Below are positions 1 through 9,009 of a DNA stretch of 13,296 bases, piece after piece (positions within the stretch are counted from its first letter, which is position 1; each line of letters opens with the position of its first letter). Location of the stretch: assembly GCA_013416795.1 (NCBI GenBank), contig RQSC01000359.1:2817-16112 (forward strand), in the 5' to 3' direction. The stretch is from Prasinococcaceae sp. CCMP 1430 (taxonomy: Eukaryota; Plantae; Prasinodermophyta). The notes under the pieces were generated by a model. The model ran no database searches. It was not told the origin of the DNA and worked only from the letters and a program-made list of their open reading frames with translations. The position numbers were made by a program, and so were the translations under genes.

Positions 1-1680
1 GACGCCGACGCCGCCGTCGCCTCGCCCGCCCGCACCGACACGCCCCCCGCCGTGGCCCCGCTCGACGCCGAGGTGTCGCCCGAGGCAAGCGTCACATCGC
101 CCGACGCGCCCGTCGCCGCCGCGCCGCTCGCCAGCGAGAGCGCGCCCGAGGAGAGCCCTCCGGCCGCGGTGCCCACGCGTGCAGCGCCACTCACGCCCGA
201 CCCCAGCGCTGCCACGCCCGACGTCAGCTCCAGCGCGCCACCGACACCATCGGCGCCGGCCGCGCCCGCCGACGCGACGATGGCACCTCCGATCGCGCCG
301 CCGCTCGTGTCCCCGGCGGAGCCCGCGGTGAGCGAGACGGCACCGCCGGCCGTGGTGCCGTTGCCGGCGGCGAGCGCCACCGAGCCCACCGACGCCTCCC
401 CCGCGCCGCTCGCGATGAGGACGTCGCCGCTTGTGGCCCCGCCCGCGGCTGCGCCGCTGCGAACGCCGACGGCACCGGACGCTGCGCCAACCCCTGCGGC
501 GTCGGGCGTGCTCACGAAGACCCCCCCGCTGGCGCCGCCGCCGTCGCTGGAGCCGCCTGATACAAGCACCGCCGAGCCATCGACGCCCGCGGCCCCGCTC
601 GAGCCGGGCGCAATGACCACCGCGCCGGCTCCGCCACCGGCGGAGCGTCCGGTGGAGAGCACCAGGTCGCCGCTCGGGGCGCCCGTGCCGGCGGAGCCAC
701 CCGAAGTCACGAGGACGCGACCCGACGCCGACGAGCTGTCGGTGCCGTTGGCGTCGCCCGATGCGACGGTGACGGCGCCAGTGCGCGACGACACCGCGCT
801 GGCAAGCGTCGCCGCGCCGCTCTCGCCAGCGCCAGCGTCTGAGGCACCGCCGCTTCGGAGCTCGAGTGCGCCGCCGAGCAGGCCGCGCGAGGAGCCGCCG
901 TGCACGCGCGCGGCCCCGCCAACGCTCGTCGCGAGCGCAGCTGCAGCTTCGCCACCGACGAGCACCGCGTCGCCGCCCGCAAGAGCGCTGCTCGCGCCCC
1001 CGGAGAGACGCGCGATACCGCCACTGCTCATCACACCTTCACCACCGCGTACGGTGACTTCGCCGCCAGGCGTGCTCGAGCTCGGCGAGGCGCTGCCGCC
1101 GGACACCACCACCTGCCCCGGCGCGGCGCTGCCCTGGCCGCCGGACACGCGCACGCTGCCGCCGACGGTGCTCGCACCTCCGGACAGAACCACGTCTCCC
1201 GCGCTCGCCGTCGCCGCTGCTGTGCCGTTTCCGTCGCCCACCTCGCCCGTGGCGAGAACGATGTCCCCCGAGGCGCTTCCGACACCTCCCACGCGCGTGA
1301 GCACGCTCACACTACCGCCGGTGCCGAAGGCGCTCGCGCCAGCGGACAGCGTCACCCCTCCGCCTGCACCGAATGCGCTGGCATCGCCCGACGCCACCTT
1401 GACGGCGCCGCCAGCGCCGCCGGAGAGCGCCGCCCCTGCCGCGACCGTCACATTGCCGGCGCCGCCAGCCGCCACGTCGCCAGAGCGAATGGCAATGCCG
1501 CCGCTCGTGCCCTGGTCGGCCGTCGCGTCGCCCGATGCCACAACAACGTCGCCCGACGCTACCGCGGCGTGAGCAGTGCGCACCACCGCGTGGCCTGACG
1601 CGCCGCCTTCGCCGCCGCTGCCCGAGACGAGCAGTGCGTCGCCGCCCGCACCCGTCTGGTCTGACGCCGCTCCACCGAAG
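1..1680 (-). repeat. Coding tandem repeat of about 30-33 degenerate units, [SGA]G-x-[VLIA]-x-[VLI]-x-[SATG]-G plus a Gly/Ala/Ser linker, period about 14-20 aa
   Basis: Translated units include SGDVVVASGD, SGGIAIRSGD, AGNVTVAAGA, GGAVKVASGD, SGDIVLATGE, GGSVRVSGGQ, GGEVTVRGGE, SGDLVLSTGR, GGAVSLTAGS, SGDVTLASGD and AGGVSVRAGE. Confidence 0.9.
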
Positions 1681-4428
1681 ACTGCGGCCGCACCCCCCGC
1701 AGCGGCGCCCGCGCCACCGACGAGCGCGGCGGCGCCGCCGCCGCCGACGCTCGCCGCGCCACCAGCGACGCGCGCGAGGCCGGCGGCGCACATGCGCACA
1801 CACGCGCCTCCTGCGTTCAGCACGCTGGTCACAGCCACGTACTGCTCGACGGTGACCGCAGCACCCGCGCAGGCCCCTGAGCCCGCGATGCCGTCTGCGG
1901 TGCAGCCGCGGAGGATGGCCGTGTGCGCGACCGCGGGCACTGGCGTCTCTCCGCACACCAGCGTCTCCGAAGCGGTGCACGCGGTGCCCTCGCCGCCCTC
2001 TTCCCCTCCGAGCTCGCCTCCAATCAGTCCGACTCCCGCGCTCGCCGGACCGCCGACCCTGCCGCCCTCTGCCTGAAGCCGCGCCTCGAGGAGCGCGCCG
2101 CCTACGCTCTCGCTCTCTCGCGCATGCACGCGCGCGCGCATCGCCGGGTTCTGCTGCGCCTCGCTTCCGCCATCGGCGTCCGGCCACAGTTGCAGCTCCC
2201 TCGCTGCAACCTTCGACCCACGCGTGTTGATGTCCCCGAAGGAGGGCTCGATTTCGCCGGCAACGAGCGTACCGGCGAAGAGCGCTGTTTGCAACGTGTT
2301 GGACACCGACACGGTGCTCGCATTGATGCTCCCGCCGCCCTTGAGCGTGAAGCCCCCCTGCACGTCGATGCCACCGTCTGCCGTGAGCAGCTCGGACGCG
2401 CTGAGGGAGGCGACAGCCACCGACCCCTCAAACTCGGTGCTGCCTGCAAATAAGGCGTCTCCGGACGCGCGCAGCTTGCCGAACAGGAGCGTCTGGCCCT
2501 CGACCGTGAGCGCGAGCGCGCTGCGCACGGAAGGGTCGCCCACCCGCGCGCGCCGCAGCGCGTGCACCTCCGACAGCAAGGTCTCGCCAGACACGGCCGC
2601 GCCGCCGCCCACCAGAAGCGAGAGCTCGCCGGCATCGAGCGCATCCACAATTGCCGCGTCCAAGTCCGCGCCCGCTTCCAGAAGGCTGCGCCTACTGCTG
2701 GCGCCAGTGACGGCATCGGCAGCCGCGGCTGCTGGAGCGCCTGCGAGCAGCAGCGGGGTGCGCACGCCGCCTTCGGCGCTCAGCGTAGCGAGCGTGCGGA
2801 CGCTGGCGTTGAAGCGCGCGGGCGCCCCCACGTCGAGCGCCACGCCGGCATCGCCGTCGGCCCCCGACGCCGCGCCAGGCCTCACGACGATGGCGCCCGT
2901 CGACGTGAGTGTGCCCTGCACCTCGGTGTCCACTAGCGTGGCCACCTCGCCGCCCAGGATGGAGCTAATCGTGCCGCTACAGTTGGCATTGCCGTCAGCA
3001 CCGCCGGTGCAGCCCGTGCGCGTGACCAGTTCAAGTGTGCCTTCGAGGCGCAAGGTCGCGTTGGTGGCGAGCGACAGGGTGCCATGTGAAGACAGCGAGA
3101 GCTTGCCCGCGGGAGCGCGCAACGACAGGTCGCCACTGGCCTCGACCTCCGCGCCACTGAGGAGCAGCTCGCTTCCCGCCTCGGATCGCCCGCCGAGCAA
3201 CTGCAGCGGCCCGCTCTCTACGCGAGCGCCGCCGACAACGTGCAGCGCGCTGTCGGCGTGCGGCGGCGCCACGTTGATGCCTACGCGCGCGCGCTCGTTC
3301 GAATCGGTCAGCAGCGGCATGAATGCCGTCGCGCCTGCGCTGGCAATTTCCAGCAACGTCTCGTGCACCCCAGAGGAGGAGGCATCGCCGCCGCCGCTGT
3401 CGTCGTCTTCGAGCAGCGTGCGCCGCGCCTGCCCGCTCCCCGCTGCGTCCGCGCCGGCGCTGGCGCCGCGCGCGAGAACGGCGCTCGCCCGAATGGCCGC
3501 TGAGGGCCTGAAGAGCTCCGCAGGTGCAGCTGCGCCGATGCCTTCCGTGAGCGCGGCATCAAATTCGCTGGCGACGGAGGTGTAGGTGCCGAGCTCTAGG
3601 AACTGATCAGTGTAAGCACGTGGTGCGTCCGCCGAGCTCGAATCTTCGCCCTCACCCGCGTCGGTTGCAGGGGCCGCGAGCACGGCGGCGCCGTGACTCG
3701 CGACGCGCACGTGAGCGCGCGCGGCAGTGCTGCCGCCGTCGGCGCCGCCCGTCCGGCGCTCGAAAAAGTTGCCAAAGCTGCCAGTACCGGCCGGCGCATC
3801 GAAGACCTCGAGGCCCGAGTTGAGCGTGACGCGGTCAGGCAGGCGCCAGAGCTGGTTCGTGGTGCCCACGACCAGCGCACCGCACCACAGCACCAGCGCG
3901 GCGTGCAGCACGAGTGCGACCAGCCCGGCCGCCAGCGCCACGCAGCGCTGCACCGGGTCGGGGCCGAGCTCCTCCGTGAGCGCGAGCTTCAAGCGGTTGC
4001 CGGGAGCGACGCCGAGCTGAAGAGGCGGGGTTGGGTGGGTGAGAGGGGTGTGGGGGGGGGGACGGGGAGGGATGGGATGGGGATGGGTGAGGGCGGGCGA
4101 GCGCGGTGTGAGGACGCGCGCGCACGCGCCGTCGAGCGCGTGCGCGGCCGCGCGAAGGGCGCGGCCGCGGAGGGCGCAGCAGCGCATCGTTCACCTTCAG
4201 TCCCTGGAGGAAACCCCTGCCGCCTCCGCCTCCGCCCGGGGTCGACACGCGGCTCTGCGGCAAACCCCTCGAATTGAGCGGCAAGCCGTCGCCGCCGTAT
4301 TCCTCGTCGCCGTCGGCCTCCGCCGCACGCCTCTGGCGCTCGAGCTCCGCCCGGCGGCGCGCGCCTACCAGCTTGGCGGACACAATCTCGCTGTGGTTGA
4401 GCGGCACGACCGCGTTCGGTTGGGCCAT
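1..4428 (-). CDS. Giant predicted type II single-pass membrane / cell-surface protein with Gly-rich repeats. Exon 1 is 4428-4195, exon 2 is 4016 to <1. At least 1416 aa, 3'-partial.
   Basis: I scanned the minus frame whose codons map to + triplets starting at positions divisible by 3 and found no stop from 4016 to 1. Exon 1 (MAQPNAVV...FLQGLK, 78 codons) splices in phase 0 (AAG|GTGAAC ... TCTTCAG|CTC). One hydrophobic segment, CVALAAGLVALVLHAALVLWCGALVV, lies at 3944-3867. Eight N-x-S/T sequons follow it. The ORF track probably missed this frame because it has no stop inside the window. Confidence 0.9.
4017..4194 (-). other. Spliceosomal intron of the giant gene (178 nt)
   Basis: GTGAAC donor, pyrimidine-rich 3' half with CTCAC, and TTCAG acceptor. 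Removing it joins the ATG exon in frame to the 4-kb open frame. Confidence 0.75.
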
Positions 4429-4547
4429 CGCGCGCGGCAGGCCGTTCCCTCCCTCCCCGGCCCACACACACGCCCACCCACACCGCTGCCGCCGGCCGCC
4501 GGCCTCGCCATCCAGTACGCACGCCAAGCTGAGGCTCGTGCCGTGCG

Positions 4548-4845
4548 AACACACACACAATACACACACGCACACGCACACGCGCTCGCGCGGCGCGTGA
4601 GCGCGCGCGAAAATCGCCCATCAAAACGCACGCGAGCGCGCGCGCGCGCGCGCGGATTGAGGATTGCGCGCACGCGCGCGCGCGCGCGGCCCAACCGCCC
4701 ATCAAAACGCGTGCGGGTTTTCACACACACACACGCACACGCACACAATTACACACACACGCGCGCAAGCACACGCACACACGCCCTCTCGCGCGCGGGA
4801 TTGCGCGCGCGCGTCGCTGCAATCCCCTATCAAACCGCATGCGAG
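4548..4845. repeat. Low-complexity (CA)n/(CG)n modules, each ending in an 18-bp motif copy
   Basis: CA tracts at about 4549-4580 and 4723-4783, CG tracts between them, and motif copies at 4617-4634, 4698-4715 and 4826-4843. Confidence 0.7.
4617..4843. promoter_or_regulatory. Three copies of the candidate cis-element CCCATCAAA[A/C]CGCATGCG
   Basis: CCCATCAAAACGCACGCG, CCCATCAAAACGCGTGCG and CCTATCAAACCGCATGCG, about 190-415 bp upstream of the giant gene ATG. A regulatory role is inferred, not shown. Confidence 0.5.
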
Positions 4846-5173
4846 GCGCGCCCGGCCGCGTTCGCCCCCGCCCCCGATCCGCGCGCGCGCAATCTGCCCC
4901 GCGCGGGCCGCGCGCGCGCGCGCGCCTTTGCGGTGGGACCCGCAACAGGGTTTACGTACGCGCGGCGGAGGAATGGGGAGTGATGGGACGCGGCGCGCGG
5001 ACGCGGCGCGGGACGGTTGGGGTTCCGCGCGCGCGCATATCCGCGCGCGCGCGCGCGCGCGGCGCGCGCGCGCGCCGATCGGATTTGAGGTCAATCCGGG
5101 TGTAGGGTTTGGTGAAGAGGGGGAATGCATCCGTGTTGATGCGACCAAGCGAAGGGAAGGGGTTGAGGTTCTG

Positions 5174-5199
5174 GCGCGCGCGCGCGCGCGCGCGCGCGC
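5174..5199. repeat. (GC)13 dinucleotide tract, the longest of several
   Basis: Read directly from the sequence. Similar tracts lie at 4636-4654, 5042-5075, 10673-10695 and 12091-12111. Confidence 0.95.
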
Positions 5200-5867
5200 C
5201 GCGTGCGACGAGGCGGGTGCGAGCGAGAGGAGGGCGGCGCCGCGGGGGTGCGGGAGGGAGCGCGCAAACGGGGAACGACGACGAACGCCGCCGCGCGCCG
5301 CGCGCGCCGGCCCAACTCAAACACACCGGCGGGCGCCGACCGACAGGCCGGGACGCCGAGCCGTCGCGCGACGGATCGAATCCCCACTCACCCAACGCGC
5401 CCGGCCCTCCCTCGTCGTGCGCGCGCGCAAGCGCGCTGTCTGTTGCCCCCCCTCCCCTCCCGTCCCGTCCCGTCCGTCGTGCGGTGCTCGTTTGACCCGC
5501 AGCGGCAGGCACAGCACTCTGCTGAGTCGCGGTCGGTCGGTCACACACGCAGAGGCTCGGAGTTCTTATTAGGGTAGGGTCAGTCAAGGGTTCGTCTGGA
5601 ATTCCCGGCCGACAGACAGAATGCGAGTCGGCCAGTTCCCCGGCCGTCTGTGGGTGCGCGCGCGGACCTGCGGGCAGCGCGGGAACGGCGATGGCGGTGG
5701 TGGTGGTGACGGGGGAAGTGGGGGGCGGCGCAGGAGGGCCGTAGCGCAGCGCCGCCGGTGCGCGGGGGCGCGCGGGGCGCAGGCGTGCGCTGCCCGCGCG
5801 GCGGGCCGAGCGCGGGCGCGGGGTGCGGTGCCATCGCGTGCGGTAGCACTGACAACGTCACGGCTAT

Positions 5868-5891
5868 GGGTGGGTGGGTGGGTGGGTGGGG
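5868..5891 (+). repeat. (GGGT)5GGGG, a G-quadruplex-capable repeat just upstream of the P4H start
   Basis: Six G-tracts of at least 3 G separated by single T, ending 38 bp before ATG 5930. Confidence 0.85.
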
Positions 5892-5929
5892 CCGGAACGG
5901 GGGCTGGGAAGGGGTGTGCGCGCGCGGCA

Positions 5930-7124
5930 ATGGCGCGTGCGGCGCCGCTGCTGGCGCTCGCGCTCGTGCTGCTGTGCGCGCTCTCCGCGCGCGCGCCGCT
6001 GTCGGTTGCGTCCTCACTGGCCGACGACGCGGATGAGCCGCTGGTCGGATGGAAAGGCTCCTCGTATAACTCCGCCGAGGGGCGGCCCATCTTCGAGGCC
6101 GAGCGCGAGGCGCGCGAGCTCGCTGCGCGCGGCCACTGGGTGGAGCACCTCAGCTTCGCGCCGCAGGCCAAACTCTTCCACAACTTCCTCTCTGACGAGG
6201 AGTGCGATGCGCTCAAGGCGCAGGCCGAGCCTACGATGCAGCGCTCGACGGTGGTTGACTCGGTGACCGGCCAGGTCAAGACAGACCCCATACGCACGTC
6301 GTACCAGACCTTTCTTGTTCGCAGGTCAAGCGCGATCGTCACCAAAATAGACGAGCGCGTGGCGCGCTTCACGGGCCTGCCGTGGTACCACGGCGAGGAC
6401 ATGCAGGTGCGGGCATCTCGGACGCGCCAGCTGCCCAGACTGACGCGGACTGACCCCATCGCGCCGAGCGAGCGCGCGTGGACGCGCCGACGTTGTGCGG
6501 TCGGCGTGCGCCCTCTTGCTGGCGCGGTGCGCCGACGACGCTGACTGCGTCGCGGCACGCTCGCGCCCTAAACCGCAGGTGCTGCGATACGGAATCGGGC
6601 AACAGTACGACACGCACCAGGACGTCGGCGAGGTCTCGTCCAAGTCGGGTGCCCAGCTCTCGGCCTCGGGGGGCCACAGGGCCATCACCTGCCTCCTATA
6701 CTTCACGACGCCCGAGGAGGGCGGTGAGACGGTCTTTCCCGTCTCGGAGTGGGCCGACGAGGAGCAGGCGGCGGCCGCAGCGGAGGGGCACTTCTCCAAG
6801 TGCGGCTCTCAGGGCGTGGCCGTGAAGCCCCACAAGGGCGACATGTTCTGCTTCTGGAGCATCACGTATGAGGGCAAGATCGACAGGCACTCGCTGCACG
6901 CGGGCTGCCCGGTTATCAAGGGGGAGAAGTGGACGGGCACCAAGTGGATCCACCAGACGCCCTTCCGCTACAACCCGGGCAAGAAGAAGCGCGGGAAGGC
7001 GGGCTGCGAGGACCTTCGCGAAGAGTGCGAGGGGTGGGCGTACCACGGCGAGTGCGAGGCCAACCCGCTCTTCATGGTCGGGCCAGATGGCCAGTGCAAC
7101 AAAAGCTGCAAGAAGTGCACGTGA
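5930..7124 (+). CDS. P4H: Prolyl 4-hydroxylase, plant/algal 2OG-Fe(II) type, with signal peptide and C-terminal ShKT-like domain. Exons 5930-6406 and 6579-7124; 340 aa.
   Basis: N-terminal hydrophobic signal (LLALALVLLCALSARA). Family motifs include FHNFLSDEEC, RTS and GEDMQ|VLRY. Fe ligands are H-Q-D and SLHAGCPV, and the 2OG-binding motif is KWTGTKWIH. The six-Cys tail reads CEDLREECEGWAYHGECEANPLFM..CNKSCKKC. Confidence 0.96.
6407..6578 (+). other. Intron of P4H (172 nt, phase 0)
   Basis: CAG|GTGCGG donor, GCTGAC branch-like site at about 6540-6545, and CCGCAG|GTG acceptor. Splicing restores the conserved MQVLRY. Confidence 0.93.
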
Positions 7125-7363
7125 GGGCTCGCGCCACGGCGCGCGGCGGGAGCTGCTGGCGACGCGCGGCGGGGCACGCGTGAGGGGGGCGGGCGCTGCG
7201 GGACGCCCGGGCGCGCGCAGCGGCAGCAGACGCCGCGCGCGCGGGCGGTTGAACGACCAATAATTCACGCGAATTCGCAGGGCGGGCGCGCGAGCGCCCC
7301 TCATGTGGCCGCGGGGCCGTCGCGCTGGCGCCGGCGCGCACATATGCCGCGGCGCGGCCGCGC

Positions 7364-8518
7364 TCACGCCTGCTTTGGGACCTTGACGTCCGTGGTCTTC
7401 GCAGAGCTCGCTCGGATGAAGGTCCTCACGAGCATCACCGCCGCGACCACGCCGGCGGCGCCGATGCGCGTCTTCCCCTCCGGCGACAGGCTGGCCACCG
7501 CCGGCAACGCATATGTCCACATCAGGTAGGCGTACGCGCACACCCAGAAGAGCGCGATGAGGAGCGTGTCGAGCCGCCGCGGGGCACCGACGTATTCGGG
7601 CGCGTCGAAGCGGTTGGCCTTGGCGTGCGCCTCGAGCGCGGCGTCCTTGCTGCGAAAGAGATCCAGGCACCACTCCTTGAGCTCGTGCTCACCCTCGGGC
7701 AGCTCCTTGGCGTCGATGCGGCGCACGTGCACGTGGATCTCGGCCGGGCGCCTGCAGAACAGCCCGAACAGGCTCGGCGCGGGCTTGCCCTCGGCCGGCA
7801 TGAACGTCACGTCGTACACGGCGTCGACCGACTGCGCGAGGTTGGACGCGACCGCGACGAAGCCGCGCGTCTTGGGCACGAGCGTGTGCTTGGGCACGGG
7901 CATGCCCTTGGACTTCGCGAATTCCTGCGCGATTTTGAGCTTGTTGTGCGTGAAGCGCGTGCCCTCCGCGAACAGCACGAGCATGTACGGCAGCGGGCTC
8001 GCGTTGATGTTCGCGAAGCTGCGCAGCATGAGATCCTTGTCCTTCATCCAGTTGCGCGTGATGAAGACGTACCCCGACAGCCACCAAAGCGTGCCCAGCA
8101 CGGGCACGAAGAGCGCGCTCCGCTTCATGATCGCCCTGTACGACCCCAGCGCGCCCACCCGGATGCCCACCGCCCAGCCGGTGAGCCAGTCGATGTCACT
8201 GCGGTGGTTGCACATCATGATGCCGTTGTCGCGGCCCACCGCCTCCCACGCGGCGGTGTCGCCGTAGCAGCGGAGGTTTACGCCCGCCCACCACTCGGGC
8301 ACCACCACCAGCGAGTTGGCGGCCAGGGGCACCAGCGCGGCGCAGCACCGCTCGAACCACTCGCGGCGCAGGGGCCACAGCACGGCGAACAGCACGAGGA
8401 GCACGGCCGTCACGCAGGCGCCCGACAGCAGGAACGGCGGCAGCAGCAAGACGGTGCACGCGGCGACGTTCGCCCCCTCCGCGAGCTTGGTCAGCGCCGA
8501 TCGCTTGGAGGCGCCCAT
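7364..8518 (-). CDS. LPAT2: 1-acyl-sn-glycerol-3-phosphate acyltransferase (PlsC family, plant ER LPAT2/3-like), single exon, 384 aa
   Basis: Block I CNHRSDIDW, block III FAEGTRFT, plus LVPKTRGF and VYDVT. Hydrophobic segments at both termini. ATG 8518 (MGASKRS) is preferred over 8743 because the upstream extension is low-complexity. The subfamily label comes from motif recognition only. Confidence 0.9.
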   Translation of the reverse strand: MGASKRSALTKLAEGANVAACTVLLLPPFLLSGACVTAVLLVLFAVLWPLRREWFERCCAALVPLAANSLVVVPEWWAGVNLRCYGDTAAWEAVGRDNGIMMCNHRSDIDWLTGWAVGIRVGALGSYRAIMKRSALFVPVLGTLWWLSGYVFITRNWMKDKDLMLRSFANINASPLPYMLVLFAEGTRFTHNKLKIAQEFAKSKGMPVPKHTLVPKTRGFVAVASNLAQSVDAVYDVTFMPAEGKPAPSLFGLFCRRPAEIHVHVRRIDAKELPEGEHELKEWCLDLFRSKDAALEAHAKANRFDAPEYVGAPRRLDTLLIALFWVCAYAYLMWTYALPAVASLSPEGKTRIGAAGVVAAVMLVRTFIRASSAKTTDVKVPKQA

Positions 8519-8796
8519 CGCCCGCCGAGCCCTCCCCCCCCCTTCCCCCCCCCCCCTCGTGCTCCCTCGCCCGCCCGCCCGGCGGGCAGTGCGCCCCCTG
8601 CCGCGCCCGCGATCGACCGCGACCCCCCCCTCTTCCGTCCGGGGATCTCCCTCCCTCCCTCTGGTTCCGCGTCGCGCTCGCGCTGTGGGCGCTTCCCCCC
8701 GCCCGCGCGCGCGCGCCACACGACGGACGGGGGAGCCTCGCATACCAACGCCCGCGCACTCATTGCGCGGCCGGCGGGCGGTGGCCGGCGGGGCGC

Positions 8797-8925
8797 CTGG
8801 CTGGCTGGCTGGCTGGCTCAGCCAGGCTTTGTTGGATGGTGGCCCGGGATGGGATGGGGATGGGGATGGGGATGGGAGTGGGATGTGGGATGTGGGATGT
8901 GGGATGTGGGATTTGGGATGTGGAT
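8797..8925 (+). repeat. Microsatellite cluster: (CTGG)5, GGGAT/GGGGAT units and (GGGATGT)n
   Basis: Read directly: 8797-8818 and 8846-8925. Confidence 0.9.
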
Positions 8926-9009
8926 GGGTTGATGGGGGCGGGAGGGCGGGCTGGCCCGCGATCCGGCCTCATCGGTCGGCGGCGGCAAACAGACGCCGCC
9001 GCGCCGACG

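Noticed and set aside
2101-2150. CG-rich patch inside the giant exon that looks intron-like
   Set aside because: I found no convincing donor-acceptor pair that preserves the frame (the best candidate, GC...TAG, is 43 nt). The frame is open without splicing.
52-3585. Long + strand Pro/Ala/Ser/Thr-rich ORFs (52-1572, 1576-2076, 2224-3585) resembling extensin or mucin proteins
   Set aside because: All three are in one frame and are the antisense shadow of the Gly/Ala-rich minus gene (GGC/GGT read as CCG/CCA-type codons). They are interrupted by stops, whereas the minus frame is continuous and has a coherent TM-plus-repeat architecture.
5103-5110. TAGGGTTT telo-box match, plus TTAGGGTAGGG at about 5569-5579
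   Set aside because: Isolated short matches with no array and no positional evidence.
4429-5929. Numerous Arg/Ala-rich ORFs, including N-terminal extensions of P4H (from 5621) and of the giant gene (from 4581)
   Set aside because: They are translations of (CG)n/(CA)n simple repeats. The signal peptide of P4H begins at ATG 5930.
7258-7271. CAATAATTCACGCG, nearly repeated as CAATAATTTCACGCG at 11900-11914
   Set aside because: Only two copies, in different contexts (a convergent gap and an upstream region), which is not enough to call a motif.
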